Positions 9,872 to 19,924 of a stretch of DNA of 64,000 bases are shown here, piece by piece; within the stretch, counting starts at the first letter, position 1; every line of letters starts with the position of its first letter. Location of the stretch: positions 1 through 64,000 of IMG/VR virus record IMGVR_UViG_3300040856_003274; one strand, given 5' to 3'. This stretch comes from a virus. The notes beneath the pieces are model-generated. The model was not told where the DNA came from and searched no databases. It saw only the letters and a list, made by a program, of their open reading frames with translations. Made by a program: the position numbers and the translations under genes.

Positions 9872-10648
9872 ATGAGACTGCCTAGAGACATGATGAGTCT
9901 AATCCAAAGGTCTAAGAACCTTGTCCATTTGAGTATCGCTCGGCGCGAGGGTGTCCTCAAGTACCGCCTCAGCGTAGCAGACACGCTTAACAATGCCTTT
10001 GGCGACCCTACCATTAGAGGAGTCGCTACGGACGTTGGCGGTCTAGGCTCTACGGTGCTCTTTGAAGTGGACGCAGGGGGTGAATACAAGAGCCGATCTG
10101 TGCGTCAAAAGAGGACAGGTTACACAGAAGAGAAGCAAGGCACTAGCACCCGTATCTTCTTTGACATAGATGACTTTGTTGACCCAGCGCCAGTGGGCGG
10201 CACGTCTCCTGTCACGGACGACACTAAAGCCTTTTACTTAAGATTAGAGGCTTTTGAGCAAGCCTCTAACAGCTATGTACTCCAAGAGCAGATACTGGTA
10301 GTGCCTCCGTATGATTTCTTCAATACGAAGTCACCTACGTTCACGATGTGGGGGTACGCTCCTATTTACGGGAAGCCTGCGGATTTCGCTAATGTGCCTG
10401 CTCATTTCCCTACGGAGATGATGAATGTGCATTTGCCCAACTACACCCACACGATTAGCCTTGAGCACTTACATGAGAACGGCAACCCTGTTTTCTTTAC
10501 AACCGCTAGAGGTTCGAGTCCTTCTATCCTGATGCCAGGTAAGACTGTGTTTGTATATTCGGCAGGAGTCCCTGAGCTTCATATTGCATCACTCGGAAAC
10601 GCCGCTGAGCCCTTCTCTCTGACTGCAAGTATTCAGTATTTGGGCTAA
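9872..10648 (+). CDS. hypothetical, probably virion structural protein
   Basis: 258-aa ORF with AGGAG RBS in a structural gene run. Confidence 0.65.
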   Translation: MRLPRDMMSLIQRSKNLVHLSIARREGVLKYRLSVADTLNNAFGDPTIRGVATDVGGLGSTVLFEVDAGGEYKSRSVRQKRTGYTEEKQGTSTRIFFDIDDFVDPAPVGGTSPVTDDTKAFYLRLEAFEQASNSYVLQEQILVVPPYDFFNTKSPTFTMWGYAPIYGKPADFANVPAHFPTEMMNVHLPNYTHTISLEHLHENGNPVFFTTARGSSPSILMPGKTVFVYSAGVPELHIASLGNAAEPFSLTASIQYLG

Positions 10649-10718
10649 TCTTTCTTTTCGTTAAAGGCTTTATTAACCTTATCTGTAGGTTATAACCAAA
10701 TTTCAACAGGAGTATCCC

Positions 10719-11315
10719 ATGCAAGGTCTTGCTATTAAGGTTACACATCTCGGACTCACCACTGAGTCACTTCTTCTCGCTGACATCTTCGACGGTACTG
10801 ACGGCCCTGATCACAACCGCCGTAAGCCAGGTGCTGTCTATGTGCCTGCAAACAGCTCAGTTGAGCTCGCTTACACAGATAGCGTAGCGCACTCTTTTGA
10901 GAGTGGCACTATCCGTGGGCTCATCAGCCAAGGTTACGTCTCAGCACGTTTTGTCCTCGGTGATGCTTTCCCTGCTCGCTCACTTAATGTTACGATCCCT
11001 GTCGTTGCAGGCGATGACTCTATCGCGGCAATCGCAGTCCCTGCTGACGGCACTGTTTCTTCAATCACCGCAAGCGTGAACGTTGTCGCTGACGCAGGTA
11101 CGGTTGTTGTTGCTCTCACGGGTGACGGTAACAACCTCCTCGATGCGGCTAACACAGGTGACCTCGCCGCAGGTACTAACACCGCTTCACTCACCGCAAC
11201 CTCTGCTGACCTCGACCTCAGCGCAGGCGACTCTATCGTAGCGACTGTCACCTCTGATAATGGTGGTCTTACTGAGCCTACTCTCGTCACTCTTCAGATT
11301 GAGATTGCAGGCTAA
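10719..11315 (+). CDS. putative virion structural/decoration protein
   Basis: A/G/T/V/D-rich beta-type composition, strong RBS, followed by a terminator. Confidence 0.6.
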   Translation: MQGLAIKVTHLGLTTESLLLADIFDGTDGPDHNRRKPGAVYVPANSSVELAYTDSVAHSFESGTIRGLISQGYVSARFVLGDAFPARSLNVTIPVVAGDDSIAAIAVPADGTVSSITASVNVVADAGTVVVALTGDGNNLLDAANTGDLAAGTNTASLTATSADLDLSAGDSIVATVTSDNGGLTEPTLVTLQIEIAG

Positions 11316-11365
11316 TCTTACAGAGTGAGAGTGGCTTGAGCCTCCTTTAGGGCTCTGCTAAGATT

Positions 11366-11400
11366 AAGGGGAGTTTCTTCAATAGAAGGACTCCCCTTTC
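11366..11400 (+). terminator. rho-independent terminator
   Basis: AAGGGGAGTTTCTTC-AATA-GAAGGACTCCCCTT hairpin followed by a pyrimidine run. Confidence 0.7.
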
Positions 11401-11420
11401 TCGTATTAGGAGACACTGCT

Positions 11421-11651
11421 TTGCGAACCTCCGACTTATATCTCAGCGCGTTCCTCATTACATCAGGTATGAGGCTTCAAGGCAGTCTTCTTGAAGAGGG
11501 CAAAGTAGTATTTGAGTTTGAGGCGCACCGAGATATGAGTCTGTTAAAGCGTGTATATTATAATAAGACAGGAAAGATCCCTGCACGCGAGTACGCAGAG
11601 AATATTAGGCTTCTTAAGAAGAGAGTACATGAGGAGATGAGAAATGGCTGA
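11421..11651 (+). CDS. small hypothetical protein (DUF5659-like)
   Basis: TSDLYLSAFL...KVVFEF pattern, AGGAG RBS, TTG start. Confidence 0.55.
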   Translation: MRTSDLYLSAFLITSGMRLQGSLLEEGKVVFEFEAHRDMSLLKRVYYNKTGKIPAREYAENIRLLKKRVHEEMRNG

Positions 11652-12939
11652 CTTTACTGGCAACCCGTTATTTCTTGTCGGGGGTTCTATCACCGCTCCC
11701 GACACGGGCGATAATATTGTTTTTGATGCTAACAACTTTTCGCTCGACGTAAGCGGTAATGTGACGGTGACGGGTAACCTCGTCGTACAAGGCACGACGG
11801 TTACCGCCAACGCTCAGGATTTAATCGTTGGTGATGATTACCTGACTCTTAACTCAGGCTATACGAGCATGATGGACGCTCAGAGCGGTATCGTGAGCGT
11901 TCTAAGGGCGGGTAACATTTCCTTTAATATTTCTCAGCTAGAGAGCCAAGCTACCACAGGAGGTTTGGCTAAGATTACGCTCACTACAAACAACAGTGCG
12001 GATTTAAGCTTCACCTTTGACGTTGACTATGTGATCCAAATCTCAGGCACAGAGAGTAATGACGGACTTTACATGGTGAATACCGTCACGGGTGGCACTC
12101 CTGATACGTTAGAGATCAGTAGCTCCCCTGCTAACGATTTTGCAGGCGGGGACTTCACAGATGAGACTCCAGCTTCAGGCACTGTTAATGTGGTAGATGT
12201 GAGCGTTCTTAGAACAGCTATGGGCGCGGGTAGCGGTTATGAATATGGGTCTTTAGCAAGTGCGTCAGCGAGTCAGACGGGTTCGATTAGCTACACTTCT
12301 CTTAGCGGGGGAGGGGGCTCTACGCCTACCTTTGACACGGTGTTCTTAGCAGGTCTTTCGGAGTCAGATCGAAACGGCTTAACCGCTCGCGATTATTATG
12401 CTGGGACAGGGATTACTTTCCCTCTTAATCTTGAGTTTAGTAACGGGGATACAGGCTGGGGTGTCGCCCTTAAAATGAAGACAGGTTCTTCTATCTCGAC
12501 ACGAATGAGCAACTCCAACAATGACACCGCGACCTATTACCTTGTAGCAGGTGAGAACATCTCCAAAGGTGACGTTGTTGCGATTAAGAATGACGGGTCG
12601 GGCAACGCTAAGCTCTACGTCGCAGACAATACTACTTCAAACGGCAAAACAGAGGTTGTCGGTATGGCGGTAGAGGATGCTTCTAGCGGTGGCTTCGTCC
12701 ATATGATTTGTATTCAAGGTCAGCTCGCATACTCTAACACAGACACAAGCGCTTTCCTCGCCACTACAGTAGGCGCTCCGCTCTATTTGGGTGCTACAGG
12801 GGACGTGACCTCAACTGCGCCTACAGTGTCGGGCTCAACGGTTGTGAGAGTAGGGTATCTTGTTCAGCGTTATGACGTAGCAAACTCGATTGAGACTACC
12901 TTATTCTTCTCACCTCAGACCATCGGTGTGAACAACTAA
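11644..12939 (+). CDS. putative virion fibre/decoration protein
   Basis: G/S/T-rich; VTGNLVVQGTT motif; C-terminal AGENISKGDVV...VGMA cement-like domain. Confidence 0.6.
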   Translation: MADFTGNPLFLVGGSITAPDTGDNIVFDANNFSLDVSGNVTVTGNLVVQGTTVTANAQDLIVGDDYLTLNSGYTSMMDAQSGIVSVLRAGNISFNISQLESQATTGGLAKITLTTNNSADLSFTFDVDYVIQISGTESNDGLYMVNTVTGGTPDTLEISSSPANDFAGGDFTDETPASGTVNVVDVSVLRTAMGAGSGYEYGSLASASASQTGSISYTSLSGGGGSTPTFDTVFLAGLSESDRNGLTARDYYAGTGITFPLNLEFSNGDTGWGVALKMKTGSSISTRMSNSNNDTATYYLVAGENISKGDVVAIKNDGSGNAKLYVADNTTSNGKTEVVGMAVEDASSGGFVHMICIQGQLAYSNTDTSAFLATTVGAPLYLGATGDVTSTAPTVSGSTVVRVGYLVQRYDVANSIETTLFFSPQTIGVNN

Positions 12940-13835
12940 TGGCTACGTCTTTTCACCCTACACAAGAACTAAGCAGGGGCGACCTTGATATTTACTTAGT
13001 GGATAATCAAGACGCGCCCGTAAACGCTTACGAGATTTCTTTTGCGCTCTACTTCGTAGACCCTGCAACCCAGCAAGAGGTCTTAATCGGTGGAGCACAA
13101 CGAGTACCAGCTAACCCTTCGATAGGTGAATATTACGCGCCTTTGCTTATACCGCCCTCGGCGCAGTTTGGCTCTTACAGGATCAGGTGGGTTTTTAAAC
13201 AGCTCGCTAACACTCCTGAGCAAACCGTGGTTCAGGAGTTTACGGTTGTAGATAAGGGGCTCAGGAACATCTCTAATGTTATGTCGGCTAATCAACGTAG
13301 CATGGTTGATAAGCTGAGGCTTTTGATTAGAGATCAGAACCCTGACAAATATTATCATTTCCGCCCGCCTACCTCAGAAGAAAACATCTCTCAGTTTAAC
13401 CGAGTGTTCGGTCAGATATGGGAAGATGAGGAGCTACTAGAGTATCTTGAGCGGTCTTTAGATTGGTTCAATATGTTTCCTCCTGAGACTGAGACACTCA
13501 ATACGATAGACAAGCTCGTACAGAACAAACCTGCGTGGCGCACTGCAATCTTATGGGGCGCGATTAGCCATGCTATGTATGCCTTAAGCGCTAACTGGAC
13601 TGCCGATGAGTTTGACTACTCCATCGGAGGGATTTCTTTGAACCTAGAGAAGTCTTCTAAATATGAGAGCCTCAAACAGAGCGCGGAGACGTATTTTGAT
13701 AAGGCTACCGAGGCTAAGGCTCGCACCACTAAGATTATACGAGGTCTTCAGCAACCTAAGTACGGGATCGGTGTGAGAAGCGCCTTCGGCCCGAACGTGG
13801 GGCGCGGTGTTCTTTCTCCCCGTAACTTTATTTGA
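12939..13835 (+). CDS. putative head-tail connector/neck protein
   Basis: Ig-like N-part then LRLLIRD...DEEL helical part; translationally coupled in a structural operon. Confidence 0.5.
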   Translation: MATSFHPTQELSRGDLDIYLVDNQDAPVNAYEISFALYFVDPATQQEVLIGGAQRVPANPSIGEYYAPLLIPPSAQFGSYRIRWVFKQLANTPEQTVVQEFTVVDKGLRNISNVMSANQRSMVDKLRLLIRDQNPDKYYHFRPPTSEENISQFNRVFGQIWEDEELLEYLERSLDWFNMFPPETETLNTIDKLVQNKPAWRTAILWGAISHAMYALSANWTADEFDYSIGGISLNLEKSSKYESLKQSAETYFDKATEAKARTTKIIRGLQQPKYGIGVRSAFGPNVGRGVLSPRNFI

Positions 13836-13877
13836 TGCCGCTACGCCAGGTGGTTAAATTCTATAAGGATTGACGTA

Positions 13878-14318
13878 ATGACTCTCGTAATCTTATTCGA
13901 CAAGCTCCCTAAGAAAAGACAACGCATATCTCCAGCCGACTTAATCGGCGCGGGCTCTCTGCGTAGGAGGCGCAAGCGTGCGTCTTCTACAGGAGGGGAC
14001 TGTTATGAAGCCAACGGCAAATACTTTATGGAGCATTGCCATAAAAACCCTAATCTTAGGCTTGTGCATGGCGAGGTGAGCGGGCAAGGTGAGCTCCACG
14101 ACACGACTTTCGGACATTGTTGGGTAGTAGAGGGCAATCAAGTGCTTGACTTTTCTAATGGAAGAGAAGTTAAACTACCTAAGATGATCTATTACGCGAT
14201 AGGTAACGTCGAGTGGATCAACAACTTTTACGAATATGACGCTCAGTCTTTCCACGATAACATTAGCCGTTATGGTCATTGGGGGCCTTGGGACTTGAAG
14301 ACTCGTAGCGGGCTCTAA
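13878..14318 (+). CDS. hypothetical protein (RKRASS motif followed by a Cys/His-containing domain)
   Basis: GDCYEAN...LVHG...HCWV; possible transglutaminase-like triad, unverified. Confidence 0.6.
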   Translation: MTLVILFDKLPKKRQRISPADLIGAGSLRRRRKRASSTGGDCYEANGKYFMEHCHKNPNLRLVHGEVSGQGELHDTTFGHCWVVEGNQVLDFSNGREVKLPKMIYYAIGNVEWINNFYEYDAQSFHDNISRYGHWGPWDLKTRSGL

Positions 14319-14331
14319 GAAAGGTAATCTA

Positions 14332-14529
14332 ATGCCGACTTATCCTTACAAATGCCATGAGTGCGGGAAACGCTTTGAGGTAATCCAAAAGATCAGTGCT
14401 GAGAAGCACACTCAGTGCGCTCAAGTGAACCCTTCCTGTGAAAAAAAGACAGCTCCTGTTGAGCGTATGATCGCTAACCCTAGCTTCGTCTTAAAAGGCG
14501 GAGGCTGGTATAAAGATGGGTACAGCTAA
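14332..14529 (+). CDS. FmdB-family zinc-ribbon protein
   Basis: MPTYPYKCHECG...FVLKGGGWYKDGY. Confidence 0.9.
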   Translation: MPTYPYKCHECGKRFEVIQKISAEKHTQCAQVNPSCEKKTAPVERMIANPSFVLKGGGWYKDGYS

Positions 14530-14809
14530 GAAAGCGCCCAAAAAGAAGAGCACTGATAGTAGACAGCAGGTAAAAAAATATCGGCTTTGTGTTGTCTGTA
14601 ATGAGCTGTTCTTCTCCGTTAAGGTGGATAACCTTACATGCTCTAGGGAGTGCCTTAAAAGAGGCAGGCTTTATAAAGAGGCGCGAGAGAGGGTAGAGGG
14701 GAAGCGTGACAGCGGTGAGCTAGATGTAAGGTTTGAGAACACCCCTAGCACATCTATTATGCTCTCAGCTATCAGCCACCTCATCCCCGCCGAAGAGGAA
14801 AAAAAATAA
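14516..14809 (+). CDS. hypothetical zinc-binding protein
   Basis: CVVC...TCSREC. Confidence 0.6.
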   Translation: MGTAKKAPKKKSTDSRQQVKKYRLCVVCNELFFSVKVDNLTCSRECLKRGRLYKEARERVEGKRDSGELDVRFENTPSTSIMLSAISHLIPAEEEKK

Positions 14810-14902
14810 AAAAATGGCTTCCCTATCCCATTTTTTAGTGTAGATTGGTTGCAAGGGCGCTATTGGAGCACCCTACAACACTATCCACGCTAAGGGGATA
14901 AC

Positions 14903-15469
14903 ATGAGCACATATGCAGAGATTAACAGGGCTGATTTAGAGGGCTTTCTCGACTCTACAGGCTTGTCTTGGTACAGGAAGGAAGATACCGCAGGTGTCTA
15001 TCTCTTGTGCGTGAGCCCAAAGGTCGCGATCCGACTCTCTTCCACACTCAAAGGTGACGGTTCGGAGTGCGGTGTCGCCTGTGGAGGCGCGTCAATGAAG
15101 CTAGACTTAGTGTCGCGTCTTGACGGCACTTGTCTTAACCGTAAGGCGAGCAAGCAGTCTCGTTACCATCGGACTCTCCAATGGGAGAAAAACTGGGGTC
15201 GAGGGGTCAAGCATTGGGAGAAGGTTTACGCTGAGAAAGCTGACTTTTATGATCGTATCGCTCAGAAGCGTAAAGACCTCGCTACGATTGATGCCCAGGC
15301 TCTCCGTGACCTTTACAAGAAAACGAGAGCCTTAGCGCGTCAAGCAGGGGCGCTTAACTCAGTGCAGGTGTCTGAGACGCTTAGTTTCATCACTCAGATT
15401 GGGAGGGCGCGTGTCGCAGGCAATCCTCTCAAGCCTTGGGAGTGTGTGAAGCTGAGCTATCTTGTTTGA
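14903..15469 (+). CDS. hypothetical protein
   Basis: 188-aa ORF with RBS; first gene of a run of small accessory genes. Confidence 0.7.
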   Translation: MSTYAEINRADLEGFLDSTGLSWYRKEDTAGVYLLCVSPKVAIRLSSTLKGDGSECGVACGGASMKLDLVSRLDGTCLNRKASKQSRYHRTLQWEKNWGRGVKHWEKVYAEKADFYDRIAQKRKDLATIDAQALRDLYKKTRALARQAGALNSVQVSETLSFITQIGRARVAGNPLKPWECVKLSYLV

Positions 15470-15489
15470 TTGGTAGAGAGGAGCATAAG

Positions 15490-16254
15490 ATGATCTGTAA
15501 TATTTGTAATGACACTGGTATATATCACGCTAACACAGGCTCAGGCACATTTGATGAAATATTATACAACATTTTCGCATCGCCTTCGTCTATATTCCAT
15601 GAGCAGTTTGTTGGTCACAATTATACCTGTTCTCACTGTACTAAAGGTGCTCAAGTGCGCAGAGATCGTGATCGACGTGTACAAGCTGAGAAGAGGCGCA
15701 AGGCTCAGGCGGAAGAAAAGGCTCAGGAGGAAAAAAGACGGAGGCGGGAGGCTGAAGCTAAGTGGAGACGTGAGATTTGGAAAGTAATACAGGATTTAGT
15801 AGCACCTTGTGAGGAAGCCTTAAAATACGGAAACCTTGATCACATTGACCATCTACATAAGCGAAACCACCTTGTGAGATTAAAGGATAAGGTGCATTTA
15901 GCTCAGGAGTGGGCGCTTAATGAAGCTCTTGATATACCTGATGACGGTACTGCTTGGTCGAGGTCACACCCTAATATGCTAGGGGTTAAGATTGTGAGCC
16001 TTGATGACCGAGAGGAGAGGCTTAAGTGGGTCAAAGAGAAAGTGCCTTTCGCATTGAAAGCGCATGAGGACTATTACCATGCTCTTGATAACTACCCTGC
16101 TCTTTATCAGATCGAAGATATTCTTGTTCCTCTTCGTATGTATGTGCTCAAAAGCCTTCCTGCTTACGCTAATGACGACATTTATATTAACCAAGAGTAT
16201 CAGAAGCTCTCGTCTCTCGTAGAGGCTTACAAGAGCGGAGAGGTTGAAAAATGA
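15490..16254 (+). CDS. hypothetical protein, N-terminal Zn finger and coiled coil
   Basis: CNIC...CSHC; GAGGAG RBS before the ATG at 15490. Confidence 0.7.
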   Translation: MICNICNDTGIYHANTGSGTFDEILYNIFASPSSIFHEQFVGHNYTCSHCTKGAQVRRDRDRRVQAEKRRKAQAEEKAQEEKRRRREAEAKWRREIWKVIQDLVAPCEEALKYGNLDHIDHLHKRNHLVRLKDKVHLAQEWALNEALDIPDDGTAWSRSHPNMLGVKIVSLDDREERLKWVKEKVPFALKAHEDYYHALDNYPALYQIEDILVPLRMYVLKSLPAYANDDIYINQEYQKLSSLVEAYKSGEVEK

Positions 16255-16619
16255 TCCATTTCTCTAAAGTACATAAGTCGGACGATTTTGGTGGTCGCGA
16301 TTGGACAATCTACTATTCTCACAACAACAATCCCGTAGGGGCTATTAAAAAGACCGTAACGAGCACATCTACCTTTTACACGATAGAGGCGATGGACACA
16401 GTGCTCACTGAGCGAGAACACGTTTTCCGATTTAACTACAGCGACGGGACGGAGGGAGTCCATTTTGTCAGGCTAGAGGATAGCTATAGGACTCTCCGTA
16501 TCGCGAAAGAGAAGGCTAGAGAAGTTTTCAACAAGGATAGAGACTTTCTCATCTACGTCTTAACTAACCAAATGACTCATAAAATAACCCGCAGGGTCAA
16601 CCGAGCGTGGTCTAAGTGA
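16251..16619 (+). CDS. hypothetical protein
   Basis: ATGA overlap with the previous gene, RBS. Confidence 0.65.
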   Translation: MIHFSKVHKSDDFGGRDWTIYYSHNNNPVGAIKKTVTSTSTFYTIEAMDTVLTEREHVFRFNYSDGTEGVHFVRLEDSYRTLRIAKEKAREVFNKDRDFLIYVLTNQMTHKITRRVNRAWSK

Positions 16620-16635
16620 GAGGGAAGGTAAACGA

Positions 16636-16989
16636 ATGAGCGCAACGGCTACTGTTATAACTCCGATACAGATAAGCTCAAACTCAAAAGAGTTTTTGAG
16701 AACGAGAAAAATCCCTAGGACAGACTACGGTCAAATCATTGAGGTAACCTGGGTCGAGGAGTGGGTGAAGGGAGAAGACTCCAAGACTGAGGTTGCGTTT
16801 ACGAGACTATTCGACGGTTATAAGACTGTGAAGTGGGATCGCGCAACGAGCTTCGCTTTTAAGTTAGCGGTAGGTAACTGCTCTAGTTTAGACAGAAGAA
16901 AGGCATGGGAGATGACAAAGGATAACGCTTTAGACGGCGGGGCTTTCCTCAAGGTTATCAGTGTAGAGCTATCCGTGAGGTTTACATGA
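16636..16989 (+). CDS. hypothetical protein
   Basis: ORF with RBS in the operon. Confidence 0.65.
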   Translation: MSATATVITPIQISSNSKEFLRTRKIPRTDYGQIIEVTWVEEWVKGEDSKTEVAFTRLFDGYKTVKWDRATSFAFKLAVGNCSSLDRRKAWEMTKDNALDGGAFLKVISVELSVRFT

Positions 16990-17291
16990 GTACAATGACA
17001 GGACTCTCTTTGATGCTTATGGTCGTAACCTTCTTGGCGACTGTCTGCTACTACCGTAGAGAGATTATGTTAAAAGAAAGGCTCAGACGAGAGTGTATCT
17101 TTCTTCATAAGGACATCCTTGAGCTCCAGCTCCAGCTAGGAGAGCCTTTGTACGGAGCTAACCTTTTCGACACAGAGTTAGAGCAATACTCCAAGAGCGT
17201 GACTAACTTATCGTGGTTTAAAGATAGACTAAAGAGGCACGAAGCAACCTTGCTAGACAAGATAGATAGCAAGGAGTGCAATGTGCTCTAG
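16986..17291 (+). CDS. hypothetical membrane-anchored protein
   Basis: N-terminal hydrophobic helix, ATGA overlap. Confidence 0.6.
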   Translation: MSTMTGLSLMLMVVTFLATVCYYRREIMLKERLRRECIFLHKDILELQLQLGEPLYGANLFDTELEQYSKSVTNLSWFKDRLKRHEATLLDKIDSKECNVL

Positions 17292-17399
17292 GACGAGATT
17301 TAGTGATGACCCGTGAGAACGTAGAGACACTATCATCTAGAGGTAGGGAACAATACTTTCAAATGCTCCACTGACCATATCGTTAGACTTTAGTGACTC

Positions 17400-17777
17400 T
17401 TAGCCCTCTCGCCAGTCTTGGATTTCTAGGGTCTGCCCTTTTCTCTCAACAAACTTTTTTACGTAGAGAGCAAGAGACATTCCATCTTTCGTCATGACTC
17501 TTAGATTACCAATACTCCCACCACCAAAGAAATGAGTATTATGAAACATAGCCTCATCATCCTCTACTGTCACACGATTAAATTTCGACTCAAGAACCAA
17601 GTTAACGATTTGCCTGTGAGAGAGTAGTTTATTAGTGTATGTAGGTCTTTCTCTCGCTCCTAGAGGGTATTCAGTGTGGATGACTTGTTCTTTAGCGGAA
17701 GCGGTTCTTTTAAGACGAGCGACTCTCATCTCAAGATCGTTAAGATCGTTAAGGATTTCTGAAGCTGTTCTTCTCAT
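17400..17777 (-). CDS. hypothetical protein with MRRTASEIL leader (KxAS signature)
   Basis: GGAGA RBS before the ATG at 17777; leader shared with 39685-40170. Confidence 0.7.
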   Translation of the reverse strand: MRRTASEILNDLNDLEMRVARLKRTASAKEQVIHTEYPLGARERPTYTNKLLSHRQIVNLVLESKFNRVTVEDDEAMFHNTHFFGGGSIGNLRVMTKDGMSLALYVKKFVERKGQTLEIQDWREG

Positions 17778-17950
17778 GGTCTTTCTCCGTTCATGAGTGG
17801 TTATGGACACCTAACCTATAGGCATATAACCTATAGGCATATAAAGAGAATAAAAAAATAAATTACTATGATTGACACCAATAGCTCAGTCGGGAGAGCA
17901 GGGTCGCTCCCATATGATCTCCCGACTTTCCCAAGAAAGGGGTTAAACAG

Positions 17951-18394
17951 ATGATACTGAAAGTTGAGCTAGTCCCTGCAACCTCATGGGGCAATAACCT
18001 CAGAAGTGAGGCTAATCTCTCAAAGGCTCAGTGGGATAAGCTGAGAAAACAGTGTTACCGAGACGCTAACTACAAGTGTGAGGTGTGTAACGGCAAGGGC
18101 GACAAGTGGCCCGTAGAGTGCCATGAGATATGGCATTACGATGACGTTAATAAAGTGCAGACTCTAAGAGGGCTCATCGCCCTTTGCCCGACTTGCCACA
18201 AAGCGAAGCATCTAGGGCGCACCTTGTCTGTTGAGAGTCAAGAGGTTCAAGACAAGGTGCTCCGTCAACTGATGAAGATCAACGACATCGACGTTGATGA
18301 GTTGGAAGAATATATCGTTGAGGTCTTTCAGAAACACGCGGAGAGATCGCAACATAGGTGGTCATTAGACTTAAGCTGGCTTAAGGCTCTCTGA
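17951..18394 (+). CDS. HNH endonuclease family protein
   Basis: W..LR...CEVC...ECHEIW...LCPTCHKAKH. Confidence 0.8.
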   Translation: MILKVELVPATSWGNNLRSEANLSKAQWDKLRKQCYRDANYKCEVCNGKGDKWPVECHEIWHYDDVNKVQTLRGLIALCPTCHKAKHLGRTLSVESQEVQDKVLRQLMKINDIDVDELEEYIVEVFQKHAERSQHRWSLDLSWLKAL

Positions 18395-18920
18395 GTATCG
18401 CTAAACAGTCACCCGATGAAGGAAAAGTGCGTGCTAAGGAAGCCCAAACCCTGCGAGCTTCTGTAGAAGTGCTTCCCATGTTGCAGTAGTTGGGGATGAA
18501 GATGAAAGGTTTATTCCCATTTACACTCCACATTCTTTTAGCAAAATTTAGATACATGGAGAGCCCTACACCCTGATTGTGGAAGTCTTTTTTTAGCATA
18601 GTAGCTTCAACTTCAACTACACTAAAGAAGCTGTCCTTAACGATGAGATCGGAGTAGGTTTCAGCGAGTGTTCTCATGTCTTCTCTACAGTCATCGTAAT
18701 TGTAATCTTCATAATCGTACAAGACGAAATCATTTACACTTTTAAGAGTCCCTAAAATCTTGCCTACAGGCTCTAAGTCTTCGTTCATATTAGAGCGGTG
18801 TTGTACGATGAGTTGGTAAGCCTCTTTCCAATATTTGAACTTAGAGTAGTCGAAGAGGGGGGATGAAGCATGGCGACTAGTCCATGCCTTTAATACGTTG
18901 TTAACCATGTCTCTTTTCAT
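18381..18920 (-). CDS. GNAT-like domain protein behind a short KxAS-type leader
   Basis: FHNQGVGLSMY (acetyl-CoA motif A-like) and TSTEARRVW; leader VNNVLKAWTSRHASS. Confidence 0.55.
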   Translation of the reverse strand: MKRDMVNNVLKAWTSRHASSPLFDYSKFKYWKEAYQLIVQHRSNMNEDLEPVGKILGTLKSVNDFVLYDYEDYNYDDCREDMRTLAETYSDLIVKDSFFSVVEVEATMLKKDFHNQGVGLSMYLNFAKRMWSVNGNKPFIFIPNYCNMGSTSTEARRVWASLARTFPSSGDCLAILREP

Positions 18921-18996
18921 AAGGTGTTCCTTAAGTCGTGATCAATAGGTTCTTTATAGACCATATCTAATAAACTCTTTAGAGGGGGCTTTAGAC

Positions 18997-19626
18997 ATGG
19001 AAGATACAGCTAAGAAGATCGCTAGTTTATATGCTGAGCGCATGGGTGAAGATGACCATTTTGCAGGGCGAGATTGGGGCATCAACAACGTGCAAGGTCA
19101 GTACAACGCTAAGCCTGGGTACAAGCAAGAATACGGCTCAAAGGTCAAAGAGTTTCTGAAAGACCTCGGTAAAGATGAGATTTCATGGACAGAGCGCGAC
19201 CGTAAAAACTACCGAATGTTTTGGGGCGCGAAACACTCAAACCCGCCTCGTTACATTAAGTACAGGAACATGAGCAACCCTTGGGTAGAGGACTACTGCA
19301 AACGCTCAGGGCGCACTAACGGTATTTGCGGCAAAGAGGGGAAGAAAGCTAGCAGTGTTCTCCCTGCGGATACCCTGTCTCCCGATGTCGCTGTGCTCCT
19401 CAACAGAGAGCTAGCTCGCACTTGTACCCATTTAAGGTGTAGCAAAGGTGAGGTGCTCAACGCAGTCAACAGCGTGTTGAGTCCTTTCGGTTTGCGTGTT
19501 GTACCTACTCAAAACCCTCACGTCTTTAATGTGGGGGCTATGTGCTCTGTTGGTTGTATGCCTCTTAAGGGCGCAGAGCTTATTTTGAAGAATAGTGCGG
19601 AAGGCTGGGGTGCGCGAGTTGAGTAA
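18997..19626 (+). CDS. hypothetical protein (KIAS/KKAS motifs)
   Basis: 209-aa ORF, upstream TAGGTTCTTTATA motif. Confidence 0.7.
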   Translation: MEDTAKKIASLYAERMGEDDHFAGRDWGINNVQGQYNAKPGYKQEYGSKVKEFLKDLGKDEISWTERDRKNYRMFWGAKHSNPPRYIKYRNMSNPWVEDYCKRSGRTNGICGKEGKKASSVLPADTLSPDVAVLLNRELARTCTHLRCSKGEVLNAVNSVLSPFGLRVVPTQNPHVFNVGAMCSVGCMPLKGAELILKNSAEGWGARVE

Positions 19627-19924
19627 CAACACTAATGAGACTAACAACACGGTAGATAAGTTTAAGGTTACCGATATACTTTTGAAGGTGCTCTCTGCGC
19701 TGGTAGTCCCTATCCTTTTGTGGGCGGCAGGAGTCAACACTGAAATCGCTCTGCTTAAGAAAGAGGTAGCGAGATTAGAGCAACAGGCTAACACCTTTAA
19801 TGATAAAGAACAGAAGCTCATCGAAAAACTCTCTAAGCAAGCGCAAGACCTTGCTCTCCTAACTCAAAAAATCGGTCAAATTAAGGAGGACTCTGATGAG
19901 CTCAGAAAAACACTTGGGAAGTAA
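19595..19924 (+). CDS. membrane protein with coiled coil
   Basis: one TM helix (ILLKVLSALVVPILLWAAGV) then heptad repeats; start uncertain. Confidence 0.6.
   Translation: MRKAGVRELSNNTNETNNTVDKFKVTDILLKVLSALVVPILLWAAGVNTEIALLKKEVARLEQQANTFNDKEQKLIEKLSKQAQDLALLTQKIGQIKEDSDELRKTLGK

Noticed and set aside
17874-17950. Functional tRNA gene
   Set aside because: There is no TTCGA T-loop or complementary acceptor stem; kept only as a possible remnant.
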